Shown in pieces: positions 1-12,420 of a DNA stretch of 64,000 nt (positions are counted from its first letter, which is position 1; the number at the start of each line of letters is the position of its first letter). The translations under genes were made by a program, and so were the position numbers. Location: NCBI GenBank assembly GCA_964016885.1, contig OZ024740.1, positions 30,442,001-30,506,000 of the forward strand, in the 5' to 3' direction. Origin of the DNA: Eledone cirrhosa (Eukaryota). The notes beneath the pieces were generated by a model. The model saw only the letters and a list, made by a program, of their open reading frames with translations, did not search any database and had not been told where the DNA came from.

Positions 1-400
1 GATTAGAGAGAAACGAAGCCTGCATGCTCTGATGGATGTGTAACAGTAATATACGTGAACGACAAAGCATAAATGAATTGAGAGAGAGACTGAGCATAAG
101 AGGAATCAAATGCTGTGTGCAGGAGAGGCGGTTGCGTTGGTATGGACATGTGATGCGTATGAAGGATGACAGCTGCATAAAAAGGTGCAGAGCACTAGAA
201 GTTGATGGAAACCGCGGAGTGGGGAGACCCAAGATGACCTGGGATGAGGTGATAAAAGCCGACCTTACCCAATTACACCTCTCAAAGGTAATGACACACG
301 ACCGTGACCTCTGGCGTCACGCAGTAATACAGAGTACCCGACCTCCCATGGGTACAAGCTGAAGCATATAGACAATATGCTCCCACATGATGATGATGAA
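1..400 (+). mobile_element. 3' end of an RTE-clade LINE (C-terminal ORF fragment 36-362 plus TGA-repeat tail)
   Basis: Translation MCNSNIRERQSINELR...RLRWYGHVMRM...GRPKMTW closely matches the C-terminus of the 49690-52191 RTE ORF; ends in atgatgatgatg. Confidence 0.9.
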
Positions 401-429
401 GATCTACAAATTTCATACTTGACGACCCA

Positions 430-460
<31 letters not shown>

Positions 461-467
<7 letters not shown>

Positions 468-1293
468 GAAAAATATAGAAATGATTGTAGCAAGAAGCCA
501 ACAGTATTCCATAATATATAAGTGACTTTAGCGTCAAAATAGAAAAATAGTTAACGTAAGATGTGGGAAAATAATTCAAACTCAATTCAAAAAGAATCAG
601 GATATAGATTCATCCACAGAATTTGGTGAAATCCAGGGAAAAATCAATGGAGCCTTAACTCAGAATAAAATAAAGTCTAAAATACTCATCCTTCAATTTG
701 GAAAAACTACAAATGCTCTGTATAGTCTTAAAGACTATTTCACGAAACTTTTAGTGGGGATGGTCATGGTTGGAATCGATCATCAGCAGAGCTCAAAAAC
801 ACGATAACCAAATGACCACTGTTTATAATATGCCAAAAAGGGAATTTAAAAGCAGCCTAGGTCAACATCAGGCGTAATTATGAAGAAAAACGCACATGTA
901 GAGACAGGGCTAGTGACGTCAGAATGAGACGAATGTCTGTTTACATGAAACAACAGTCAAAAACATTCCGAAAAAAACTCTACAATATAAGGAATTCAGC
1001 AAAAGCAATATTATCGCGGTTTTTTTTTTTAAAAAAGACCGGGGTTAGTCACAAATAAATTTTAAACACTCTAGGAAAGAAATCCGAGTATAAATATAAA
1101 TGAAAAGTATAGAAATTATTGTAGCAAGACGCTAACAGTATTCCATAATATATAAGTGACTATAGTGTCAAAATGGAAAAATAGTTAACGTAAGATGTGG
1201 GAAAAATAATTCAAACTGAATTCAAAAAGAATCAGGATATAGATTCAACAACAGAATTTGGTGAAATCCAGGGAAAAATCAATAGAGCCTTAA

Positions 1294-1297
<4 letters not shown>
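461..1297 (-). mobile_element. Penelope-like/retrozyme-like non-coding unit with ~200-bp direct repeats and a degenerate hammerhead motif
   Basis: 461-662 is repeated at 1095-1297; both ends abut (TA)n; minus strand 791-733 reads CTGATGA-TCGA...TCGT-GAAA-ATAG-TC. Confidence 0.5.
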
Positions 1298-1337
<40 letters not shown>

Positions 1338-1847
1338 GTCTACGATTTCACAGAACTTACGTTCACCGAATTCACAGACTAGATCCCTTCTTCCTCCCGT
1401 TAGACCTGTACGGAATTCCTTCCTTGCTCACATTCCAACCAGGTTTGATGGTCTTTATTCTCTCATTCACGATTTCACCGAACTTATATTCATGGAAATT
1501 TGGGACTTGACTCCTTCTTCCTCACTTTTCGTTGCTTCACCATCTTTGTTTGTTTACACTCTCGTGTCCTCTTTATTTACGTGTCCCAACGACTTTTTTT
1601 AGCTGTTGCTCGCACCAACCGGAGGTATATGGTCTTTAAAGCGATGAAATACCAATGATGGTTGGAAGATCACTGATGAAGGACTAACTTTATTCATATA
1701 TATATACTGGTTGGATAATCTCAACCTATGGACTGGACTTGATCTTTGCTCTTTAAACTCTGCTGCTGGTGATCGAACTTTGTGGAGAAAAATATCTCAT
1801 GTTGATGCGCAGTCTGCAACTGGTGGAGTTTAGCGTCAAAGCGTATA

Positions 1848-2235
1848 ATCATCATCATCATCATTTTACGTCCACTTTTCCCTGCTTACAAGGGTGGGAC
1901 GGGAACTGATTCTGGCTTGATTTTTACAGCAGGATACCCTTCCTAACACCAACCTCATTTACAGTGAGTGCTGGGTGCTTTTTTGCCATGGCACCTCCAC
2001 ATCCACTTTACAGTGAGTGCTGGGTGCTTTTTTGCCATGGCACCTTCACATCCACTTTGCAGTGGAATGTTAGAGACCCCAGTCCCTATCATCTCATTTC
2101 TACAGCTGAGTAAACTAGAACAATGTGAAATAAAGTGTCTTGCTCAAGGAAACAACACATCACCCGGTCTGAGAATTGAACTCACAACCTTTCGATTGAA
2201 AAGCCAATGCTCTAACCACTAAGCCATGTGCCTCC
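1848..2235 (-). mobile_element. tRNA-derived SINE (family 1) with RTE-type tail
   Basis: Minus strand: GGAGGCACATGGCTTAGTGG (A box), GAGTTCAATTC (B box), central CCTTGAGCAAGACACTTT, tail AGGAAGGGTATCC...(TGA)n. Confidence 0.9.
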
Positions 2236-3638
2236 ATATATATATATATGTGTGTGTGCATGTGTGTGCGTGCGCGTGTGTGTAATATAAAAAATTTGGG
2301 AACCTGACGGCTGAGCTCCTGCCATTTCAACAGCTAGATCTGAAACAGCAGGAGCTCACCCGTTGAGGTCCCAAATTTTTCTTATTACCCACTCTACTAC
2401 ACCAAATATCAAGTACTCTCATGAGTAATGGTCTAACTGGTTTTTACCGCTTTCCATTCTGACATATATGTGTATATATATATATATATATATCTATAGT
2501 ATATATGTGTGTGTGTGTGTGTGCATTTGTGAGTGTATATGTATACATATATGTCTGTATACATATATATATATATATATACGTAAAAACACATACATAA
2601 TGTTGATGACTGCAAATGATATTTAGAAAACTGTTTTTGTTTTATTTTCATATTAAAATATGTTTGTTTTTTTTTTCTTTCCTAAATTATAACAAAATAA
2701 TAACAAATTAACAAAAACCCAACAAAAAATATATTATTTATAAACAAAATTTGAAATTTCTCATCAGTGAGTAATTAAATGTTAGGGAGAAGGAACATGG
2801 TGAGATCTGAAATACTGTGTGATGAGGGGAAATATCTCCTAATTGAACCAATGATTGAGTATGTGGACTGTACAGAGATGACAGATTCCTGACTTGCCTG
2901 GCAGATTAGTAGCCAGTCACTGCTTCAGTACAGACTTGGTCAAACCCTTGCTAGCAGGGAAAGCAGACTTTAAACCGATGATGCTGGTGGTAATCTATAT
3001 ATAAATGAAGCCTTAACTTCATCATAGCTTTTTTTAATGGCTGCTTTATTGCAATATGTCTCCACTTCTATTGCAAGCTGACAGTAAGAAAATATAGATT
3101 TCAAAAAATTCTGACCCCACCTCTTCCCCACAAAAAATTAAACCGAAAAAAAAACCACATCCACACAATAAACTATCAATAGAAAAAAAACATCAGTTTG
3201 GTGGATAAAATTTTGTTGTGTCAGGTAAATAATTTTTTATTTTGTCAATTTAATAAATTTTTAAATTTCAAAATATATATGTATTTTAAATTGTGTTTTA
3301 AAAACCATGAAAAACCCATAAAAACAACTTGAATAAAATTTAAAAAAATATTTTCAATTAGGTAGAGAGAAGTAAGCAATGTCATGGATTATGCTCCAGC
3401 ATGGTCACATCCTATGGACTGGAACAGGTAAAAGAATGAAGGAGTATTTAATAAAGTGTTTTATTTTCCAATGAGAATGTCAGAGATACTTTAGGGGAAT
3501 TATCACAAATGTTTAGGGAAGCTTCAAGAGTGTGAATCTTACAACCTCTAAAAATAGCCACAAGTTGGTTTGTTTCCTTCTTTAAAAAAAAGGTGGAAAT
3601 TTAAACTGAGAAATGGAATGCGATGGTTGGGTCATATG

Positions 3639-3953
3639 CAGGGCCAGATTTAATGGGGGGCAAAGGGGGCAATTGCCCTGGGCCCCTTCAGTGGAAGTCC
3701 CACCAGCGATGACCGTAGCAATTTATTTGTGCTCTCAGCTGGGCTTTTTAGTTTTAGGATGGTTAGAAGTTTTGAATTTAATACCTGTATGTATAACTTT
3801 TCAATTCCAATTACTTGCACCAAGCTAACTTTGATATGTAAAATTGGGGGGTTCGCTGTGTGAGGGGCCTCACAAACCTGAAGTGCCCTGGGGCCCCAAA
3901 ACCTGAAGTACTTCGGCCCCCCCCCCCCCCCCCCAAGGTCTAAATCCAACCTG
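3639..3953 (+). mobile_element. hAT-like MITE
   Basis: Termini CAGGGCCAGATTTA / TAAATCCAACCTG; flanking duplication (g)gtcatatg of 8-9 bp; related copies at ~5193-5435 (+) and ~34070-34294 (-). Confidence 0.8.
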
Positions 3954-4287
3954 GGTCATATGTTGAAGAAAGATGAGAGTCACTGGTTGAAAGGAGTGAT
4001 GTAAGTGAATGTAGAAGGATGATATAACAAAAGAAGATGGAGGAGGAAATTAGGGCATTTGTGAGAAGGGATGTAGATAACAGAGCAAAATGGAGACCCA
4101 CAAGTAGAACCTTTGCTTTAGGAGGAAAAATTGCCTTTAAACCACTTGTGTTGTTGAAACAAGATATATTTACATTACATTAAAGTTTACTTAGCTGTAG
4201 AAAATAGGTATCTGATCTTATGGGAAATGTTACCTGAGATAAATTTGTATCCTATCCAGGGGGAAGATTCATTACTCATCTGTTTAA

Positions 4288-4508
4288 CCCTTTAGCATTT
4301 ACATTACTCTATATTTACTATTGTATTTTCATGGTAAAGGCTTTACTTCACATAATTAACTCACATAGTATCAAATCTATGAGATTTTGATATTATTTAT
4401 TTTGAGAACAATACTTTAACATCAGTATGAGTGACTGGTTACAGCCAGTTTGAACAAAGAGAGGTGAGAACATTCTGGCCGGATATGGCAGGTTTAAATG
4501 CTAAAGGG
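4288..4508 (+). mobile_element. piggyBac-like MITE, basic 221-bp form
   Basis: TTAA|CCCTTTAGCATTTA...TAAATGCTAAAGGG|TTAA; other copies at 11402-11682, 12413-15082, 17781-19162(-), 19350-19569, 20944-21025 (partial), 21078-21433, 24078-24258, 29510-29716, 31940-32156. Confidence 0.88.
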
Positions 4509-4871
4509 TTAATGTAGCAGAGCTCAAAACTAAGCAGCGGGTTTTAAGAACATACAGTTAGAATGGACAGAACAATGAGAGTTATGTATGTTGGTCATGA
4601 GCACAGAACAATGATATTGACAGGGTGTGGACTGTCAACATCAGATGTATTTGTCTTGCAAGGTTTTTGATATGAAATCGTGTGTTCAGGAAAATGTGTG
4701 ACGAAAGAACTCTGAGAAATTATATTTATATTTCTAACTGTTGGTCAATCAATGATAAACATTGATTGACAGCTAAATTATTAATAAAAATATATTTAAA
4801 AAAAATACTAAACCAAACTGTGTGTTTTACTATTTTTGGCAATATTAAGACAACATGACCCTCCACAAATA

Positions 4872-5034
4872 CAGAAAAATTCCATTATAACAAATTTTTC
4901 AGTATAACAACATTTTTTCGTGGTAACAAACAAACGTTCGATTTTGTTTCGGTCCATCTCGTTATAAAGAATTTTTCATTACAACAAATTTTTTTTTATA
5001 CCCTGTGAATTTCATTATAACATAATTTCACTGT
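4872..5034. mobile_element. Tc1/pogo-type (Tigger-like) MITE
   Basis: TA|CAGAAAAATTCCATTATAAC ... CATTATAACATAATTTCACTG|TA; internal repeats of cattataacaa. Confidence 0.6.
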
Positions 5035-5982
5035 ATAACAATATCTTCAGATGGGTTTAGTGAATAAATTACATGGAATATAGAATGGACCTTTGTTGGT
5101 CATGACAATGAGTGTTCCAGTTGTTCAATCAACATAACTACCAGCAAATGACATGTGTAAGTGACTGAGCATTCCATAGACATGTGTACCCTCAGGGCTG
5201 GATTTTTATGGGGGGCAAAGGGGGAAATTGCTCAGGGCCCCACCAGCATGGCCATAGCAATTTATTTGTGCCCTCAGCTGAGCTTTTTAGTTTTGGGATG
5301 GTTAGAATTTTTGAATTTAATACCTGTATGTATAAACTTTCAATTCCAATTACTTGCACCAAGCTAACTTTGATATGTAAAATTGGAGGGTTTGCTGTGT
5401 ATTTTTATGTTTTGTGTATGAGAGCCCCCCCCCCTGACTCTGCCATTCATGGATGGTTGTAATGGTCCACTGCCACTATTTCAATGTCTTGTGTAAAGAA
5501 ATCAAAATATCACTGGATCCAAGACATAAAACTCCTGTAATCCCACCATTGCTGATGGTAATTCTTAGCTTCTCAAGCCATCCAACTTTCTGCTAAACTA
5601 CTCCCAGTGTACCAACCACAATTGGTACCACTTCTACGTGTCTGATTCTCCACACTTTCCTAATTTCTCTCTTTAGCTCCTGGTATTTCTCAACTTTCTC
5701 ACTTTCCTTCCCAGAGCATCAGACACCATGCCTTGCAGCATAGAGTCATGACCCTTTACGTTCTGAATTCAAATCCGCCAAGGTTAACTTTGCCTTTATC
5801 CTTATGGGGTTGATAAAATAAAGCACCAGTAATACACTGGGGTAATTGCTGGCCTTGTGCCAAAAGTAAAAACAATTATTATTATTAGTAGTAGTAGTAG
5901 TAGTGATAGTAGTTAATGTTAACTGTATATAACAAATATTTCCACAAAATAACCCTTAAAAAATTCCGTGCTGGCGGTACAC

Positions 5983-6173
5983 CTATTTTTCAACAATGTA
6001 GCCCTTGAAATGAAGAATTGCAAACAACCATAACATAACATGAACAATGGATCCCAGAATAGAACAATACATTCCCATCTGTGATATACCGATGTGAGGA
6101 TGTAATTTCCATACATTGTATATGAATATGGAACTACCGATTGCTAAGTTTGCCCCGGCTATAGAAAACATAG
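5983..6173 (-). CDS. TMEM160: TMEM160-like protein, last coding exon ((A)MFSIAGANLAIGSSIF...HVMLWLFAILHFKGYIVEK*)
   Basis: Acceptor ttttttttttccag at 6174-6175, phase 1 continues exon 8797-8699; two hydrophobic segments matching the TMEM160 C-terminal half; TAG at 5985-5983. Confidence 0.85.
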
Positions 6174-6327
6174 CTGGAAAAAAAAAAATTAAAAATATAA
6201 ATGATACAAAAAATAAATGAATAAATCGAAAGCAAATAATTGAAATGTGGTCATTTATATTATAATTTCAGGAGGGGTGGATAGAAAGGTTGAAATGTTA
6301 GGGCAACAGGACAAATAATATATACTA

Positions 6328-7162
6328 TGAGGGTAAGTAAAAAATTATCCACATTTTCGCCATACCATATCTTTAAGTTTGTCACACTGCCTTCTGCTTA
6401 TGTGTACTTATACTTGGTACTATTGTGGTCATGTGATGGAAGTTTGAGCTTGATCGTGCCTGTTTTCTTGCTTCTGTTACAGTTTAAACATGGCCACTCT
6501 GCTAGCAGTGTGCACCAGGATGTTTTCACTCCATACTCTGTCTTTTGGATTCTGGCTCATAGTGATGGACCCTTGTTTCATCTTCTGTGACTATTTTGGT
6601 AAAAGATTCTTCACCTTCATTGTCGTAGCAGTCAAGTAACCATTGGCAGACCTCAACATGCTTGTACTTGTGCTCTGTGGTAAGATCTCTGGCAACAATC
6701 TTGCATAGACTTTATGGAAGCTGTGCTCGCCATGGATGATTTGATAAACAGAACCATGACTAATCTGTAGAGAACAGCTACCTCATCGATGGTAACTCAC
6801 CAGTTCACCATTACTATCTCTCGAACTTGCTGAATCTTCTCGTCAGTGGTGGAGATTGACAGGCATCCTGCTCCTTCTTCAAGTGTCATGCCACTTTTAA
6901 ACTTCTCAATCCTGACCAGAGAAATTAGTCACTCCTCTTGGTTCCTCTTTGGTGCACACTGCTAGAGGAGTGGCCATGTTTACACTGTAACAGCAGCAAG
7001 GAAACTGGCATGATCAAACTCAAACTTCGATCACATGACCACAATAGTACCAACTATAAGCAAGCATGAGCAGAAGGCTATGTGACAAATCTAAAGTAAA
7101 AAATTATCCACTTTCACCATAATATATTATGGTGAAAGTGGATAATTTTTGACTTACCCTTG
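6328..7162 (-). mobile_element. Mariner deletion derivative with long inverted repeats
   Basis: TA|TGAGGGTAAGTAAAAAATTATCC ... GGATAATTTTTGACTTACCCTTG|TA; degenerate transposase on minus strand (IEKFKSG...STTDEKIQQVREIV...ISHGSVYQII...IVTEDETRVHHYEPESKRQSME). Confidence 0.88.
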
Positions 7163-7346
7163 TATATTAATTTTATCCAACTAAATTCTAAGTTCAAATA
7201 GGCTGAGGTCAATTTTAACCTTTAAACCCTCCAGGGACCAATAAAATAAATAGCAAGCAATCAATTTAATCAGTAATGACAATCCTCTACAAATCTCACT
7301 CAGCCTTGTAGTATTGTGAGAAATTATCATAATTTCATAGTTTAAC

Positions 7347-7713
7347 CCTTTTGTTACCAACCCGGCCAAAACCTGTTCAGGTTCTATGAAATAAAACCAT
7401 CCATTTTTAAGGTTTCCAATTTAAGTTAACATTTTCCAACATAATTTTTATAAAAGAACCTTACATTAAGTTACTATCTTAGTAATGAAATAATTAATAA
7501 TTTTAATAAATCCATCTCTGGTTCTATGAAATAAAATCATCCATTTTAAAGGGTTCCAATTTAAATTAAAATCTTCCAACATAATTTTATATAAGAACCT
7601 TACATTAAATTACTATCTCAGTAATGAAATAATTAATAATTTCAGTAAATCCCTCTAAATTCTTCATTAATTGAAATAGAGTGTATTTCATTAGAAATAC
7701 AGTCATGAAAGGA
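7347..7713. mobile_element. Second TTAA-flanked piggyBac-like MITE family, with internal ~140-bp duplication
   Basis: TTAA|CCCTTTTGTTACC...CATGAAAGGA|TTAA; related pieces at ~27845-27932 and ~29046-29190. Confidence 0.6.
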
Positions 7714-8001
7714 TTAAGTAGTGGCGTGGCTTTGTGGCTAAAGGAGTTCAGTTTGCAAGCAAGTGCTTTCAGATTCAATTTCACAGACAGAACTTTAAGA
7801 AAATGTTTTCTACCATAGAATTTAGTTGGTTCAGTCTCTGTGAATGAAATTAATAGACAGAAACAATGTGGAAACCTTTCAGATGAACCTTTCTTGTTCT
7901 TGAGTAGTAAATTTAATCTGTTGACCTGTTTAATTCCACTACATGGTCCTTGGGTGTCTTTTGCATCAAGTTAAGCCTGATCCAGCAGGTCTATAAATAA
8001 T

Positions 8002-8215
8002 TGTTTCTACTCTAGGCACAAGGGCAGCAATTTTTGGGGAAGGGAAAATCGATTACATCAACCCCAGTGCATTACTGGTGCTTTATTTTATTGTCTCCGT
8101 AAGGATGAAAGGCAAAGCCAACCTCGGCGGGATTTGAACTCAGAATGTAAAGAGTCGTAATTCTATGCTGTGAAGCATGTTGTCCGACGCTCTACCGATT
8201 CTGCCAATCCACCAC
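8002..8215 (-). mobile_element. tRNA-derived SINE (family 2)
   Basis: Minus strand GGTGGATTGGCAGAATCGGTAGAG...GAGTTCAAATCCCGCCGAGG...TTTGCCTTTCATCC; copies at ~5716-5880, 20445-20610, 21808-21990, 22864-23055, 31145-31332, 36480-36585. Confidence 0.85.
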
Positions 8216-8698
8216 CTTTTAGGAGGTTTATCATTAATAGTATACCATACTTGACCATCCTGTATTTATTTTTATTTCAGACATAGTGTATCTAACACTA
8301 CATTATCCATTGTGTAAGGAAGGACTCAAAAGTTGTGATTTGAGGGAGACTTAACTGCTATTTTTAGTAAACCAAACAAAAACATAGATTCCCTCATTGG
8401 CTTGTTATTCTTATGGTTAACGCCATTGCTATGAAACTATTAGTTACAGCAAACTCAATATTCTATGTACTCTATCAACTTATTCATATAAATCAGGGAA
8501 GAAATTTACTGTCAAAAAGGCATTCTATCAACTGAATTTTCCTCATAGTCTCCTATTTCTATCGTTATGGCAGTTACTAAGTAACTGTAGCTAAGTAACC
8601 ACTGGTTATAGCAAACTGAACTATCTGAATTCTCAATCAACCTCATTCATAAAATAATAATATTAAAAAACAAACAAAAATAGAGTGAAGAAACATAC

Positions 8699-8797
8699 CA
8701 TCAGTAGCCAGTCCACTCAATGGCATTTTCCCCTCAGCCTGCATTGCTATGCCAACTGCAGTTGCCAAGTAACCATTACGGTTCCAGGAGAGGTACC
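8699..8797 (-). CDS. TMEM160: TMEM160-like protein, internal exon ((G)YLSWNRNGYLATAVGIAMQAEGKMPLSGLATD)
   Basis: ttgttgttgcag acceptor and gtatgt donor, 99 nt, phase 1-1; YLSWNRNGYLATAVGI aligns to TMEM160 FLSWFRNGLLASGIGV. Confidence 0.9.
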
Positions 8798-8915
8798 CTG
8801 CAACAACAAAAATGTTTTCTCAATGGTCTCCATTTGTATTATTTAGACATCAACTTTCTCATGGAAAATGAACAAATATGAAGATAAATTTTACCAAACA
8901 TCTTCATCAAAATTA

Positions 8916-9138
8916 TGCACAAATTTCATAAATGATGAGTAACTGCACAAATTTCATAAATAATGAGTAACTGCATAAATTTCATAAATGATGAGTGACT
9001 GCACAAATTTAATAAATGATTAGTAACTGCACGAATTTCATATATTATGAAAAACTACACAAATTCCATAAATTATGGAAGCTGCACAAATTTAATAAAT
9101 TATGGATAACTGCACAAATTCCATAAATTATGGTTAAC
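8916..9138. repeat. 28-bp minisatellite, ~8 degenerate copies
   Basis: Unit tgcacaaatttcataaatgatgagtaac starting at 8916, 8944, 8972, 9000, 9028, 9056, 9083, 9111. Confidence 0.9.
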
Positions 9139-9352
9139 ATACTAATGAATAAAAAATATGAGCAAAGAGAGGATAATGAATGAATACAGACAGTAGTCCT
9201 ATCTCATGAGTCGACTGCTAGAGATACATTGTTTCAGTACTTTAAGGTTAATACAACTGGCTCTAGTGCACAAGGGACAATAACAAATGGGCAGAGGAAC
9301 TGTATTCGCTCTTTTTCCTGTCTTTGCCCATATTTTAAATACATATATACAT

Positions 9353-9741
9353 GGAGGCACATGGCTTAGTGGTTAGAGTATTGGCTTTGCAATCGAAAGG
9401 CTGTGAGTTCAATTCTCGGACCGGGTGATGTGTTGTTTCCTTGAGCAAGACACTTTATTTCACATTGCTCCAGTTTACTCAGCTGTAGAAATGAGATGAT
9501 AGGGACTGCGGTCCATATCATTCCACTGCAAAGTTGTCGTAGAGGTGCCACAGCAAAAACGCACCCAGCACTCACTGTAAATGAGGTTGGTGTTAGGAAG
9601 GGCATCCAGCTGTAGAAATCAAGCCAGAATCAGTTCCCGTATGAACAAGACAAGGTCAGCCGACCGGACACTGCCCACAACAGGACAACCCGTCTAACCC
9701 ATGCTAGTGTGGAAGAACGGACGTAAAATGGTGATGATGAT
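9353..9741 (+). mobile_element. tRNA-derived SINE (family 1)
   Basis: GGAGGCACATGGCTTAGTGG...GAGTTCAATTC...AGGAAGGGCATCCAGCTGTAGAAA...(TGA)n; further copies at 10537-10857(+), 16474-16870(-), 43897-44209(+, TSD atggtaa), 52668-52985(+), 53388-53777(-). Confidence 0.9.
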
Positions 9742-10034
9742 TGTATGTATGAGAGAGCTAAATTTTACTTTAAAATGTTTTTATTGCATATTGTACATTA
9801 CATATGTTTCAAATTATTAAGACTCCTTTCCTACTATATCAAGTGTTAAACTAATATAGTACTGTGTTAAACTAACATTGTACTGTATTATTTTCCTATA
9901 TTGTTTACTTTTCACACACACACTCATATATATACATATATATATATTTGCAAGAGATGTCAACATGAATGGACCTATTATTTTTATCTTAAGACTTTTT
10001 TTTCCAATTCCAACCCGCTCGTCCCCTCATTCTT

Positions 10035-10070
10035 TCTTCTGATGAAGGACTAGCGTCCGAAACGTTAAGA
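10035..10070 (+). ncRNA. Minimal type I hammerhead ribozyme motif (Penelope-like pLTR)
   Basis: TCTT-CTGATGA-A-GGAC-TAGC-GTCC-GAAA-CG-TT-AAGA: stem I TCTT/AAGA, stem II GGAC/GTCC, intact core. Confidence 0.7.
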
Positions 10071-11746
10071 CCCTTTTCCTGCTATTTCAAGCGTTAACCT
10101 AATATATCCCTCCCATATACTGTACCGATTGTGTTGTTATTTCTGTTTACCTTTTATATATATATATATTGTTATACTTTGGGAGGGCCACGTTGCCAAT
10201 AAAAACATACGCACCTGTTGAGTTTCACTTCAATTTATTATAAATTTACAGTTGGTTGGTTGACCCTCCCAAAGTATAACAATATCTGATTCAACACACG
10301 TTTTCAGATAATAAATCTTGCAAAACAAATTCAAAAACAAAGTATATATATATAGACCATGAAAATCATGGGCGGAGGTGATGAGAGCTGACCACAGACC
10401 GCTGAGGCTCACAGAAGAGGTGACGAAGGACTGTGACGAATGGAGAGATGATGTGCTGAATAGAACCCATCCGACCCTTACAAGCAGGGAATAGCGGATG
10501 TAAAATGATGATGATGATGATGATATATATATATATGGAGGTACATGGCTTAGTGGTTAGAGCATTGGCTTTGCAATCGAAAGGTTGTGAGTTCAATTCT
10601 TTCAGACCGGGTGATGTGTTGTTTCCTTGAGCAAGACACTTTATTTCACATTGCTCCAGTTTACTCAGCTGTAGAAATGAGATGACTGCAAAGTGGTCGT
10701 GGAGGTGCCACAGAAAAAAAGCACCCAGCACTCACTGTAAATGAGGTTGGTGTTAGGAAGGGCATCCAGCTGTAGAAATCAAGCCAGAATCAGTTCCTGT
10801 CCCACCCTTTCAAGCAGGGAAAAGTGGATGTAAAATGATGATGATGATGATGATGATATATATATATATATATATATATACCATGATCATCATTTAATGT
10901 CCATTTTACACGCTAGCATGGGGTAGACGGGTTGCCTCATTGTGAGACAAGCCAGATGCGATGACTAAGACTTGCTCATACAAGACTGGTTTTGGCTTAC
11001 TTTCTACAGCTGGATGCCTTTCTTAACATGAACCACATTTACAGTGAGTGCTGGGTGCTTTTTGTCGTGACACCTACACAACCACTTTAAAGTGCAGGCT
11101 GGTTATATATATATATATGAGTGTGTGTGTGTGTGTGAAAAGTAAATGGATAAACAATATAGGAAAATAAGACAGTACAATAAAGATATATATTAGTTTA
11201 ACACTTGATATAGTAGGAAAGGAGTCTATATGTTTCAGACATTAGTCCTTCATCAGAAGGTAGAATGAGAGAGATAGACAAGAGTGAGAAGAGGGAGGAA
11301 AAAAAGGTGTTTGGAGAGAAAGCATGTGTGTGTTTACTTACACACATGTATAGTTTGTTAGAGGCTAGCAGGCAAGCAGTATTTTAGTAGAAATGTTTTA
11401 ACCCTTTATCATTTACATTACTCTATATTTACTATTGTATTTTCATGGTAAAGGCTTTACCTCACATAACATTTACATTACTCTATATTTACTATTGTAT
11501 TTTCATGGTAAAGGCTTTACCTCACACAATTATCTCACATAATATCGAATCTATGAGGTTTTGATATTATTTATTTTGAAAACAATACCTTAACATCAGT
11601 ATGAATGGCTGGTTATGGCTGGTTTGAAAAGAATGAGGTGAGAGAATTCTGGCTGGATATGGCCAGTTTAAATGCTAAAGGGTTAAGTGGTGTTCAATAG
11701 AAGATATGTAAGAAATGGAGGAACTATTAAGAATTTACTCTCTTAC

Positions 11747-11771
11747 CGTTTTCATTGGCTAACCTCACAGC
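11747..11771 (-). CDS. TMEM160: TMEM160-like protein, 25-nt microexon (AVRLANEN(G))
   Basis: ttattacag|GCTGTGAGGTTAGCCAATGAAAACG|gtaaga; phase 0-1 exactly bridges the neighbouring exons; RLANEN corresponds to TMEM160 RKAHET. Confidence 0.85.
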
Positions 11772-12420
11772 CTGTAATAAATAAGGATATATTTTTTATT
11801 CAAATGAAAGGAAGTTCATTTGTTTTAAATTTAGGAAGGAAATCTTAGAAAAATTGTTTGTTTTCTTACACATGGAGAAATCTTCAGATTTCTAAGAAAA
11901 AGTGGTAGGGACAAAAACAAAAAAAATGAGTTTGTGTGATATTTATTTTATTTCAAAGGTCCTTGGAGATATAACTGAAGTAAATGGTTCTAACAGAGAA
12001 TTAAAACAAGATAAGTTGAACAAGTCATGGGCAAACTGTGGCCCATGTGAGCCGCATGTGGCCCGTTTGGCTTTCTGAATGGCAATATTAGGACAACATG
12101 ACTCTCTCCAAATATAACTATATCTGTTTCAACATATGATTTCCTATAAAAAACCTTGCAAATCAAATACATCTCTGCCAAATAATACTCTATTGTCTTT
12201 AAAAGAGAGGATACATTGAACAGTGTTGTTCTAGATATGCTATATCTGAAAACGAGAAAGGATGGGCATGGTTAGAAAGCTTTTCATCATACGTCTTCTG
12301 GATCAGAGCTGATTTGGGACAAAACAACACAGACAATATGTACATTTTTTTTTAATATTACAAACAAATGTTTATTCTCAATACATGTGTTTCACTCACA
12401 AAGTTGGCTTAACTCTTTAG

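Noticed and set aside
8420-8650. Duplicated or alternative copy of TMEM160 exon 8797-8699
   Set aside because: Only patchy similarity (cattgctatg, aagtaacca); no splice sites or open frame that I can support
8916-9138. Box C/D snoRNA cluster (ATGATGA motifs)
   Set aside because: The motifs are part of a 28-bp minisatellite, antisense to the host gene, without paired D boxes or terminal stems
9353-9425. tRNA gene
   Set aside because: A/B boxes continue into a SINE body and tail, and the sequence is multicopy; no complete cloverleaf
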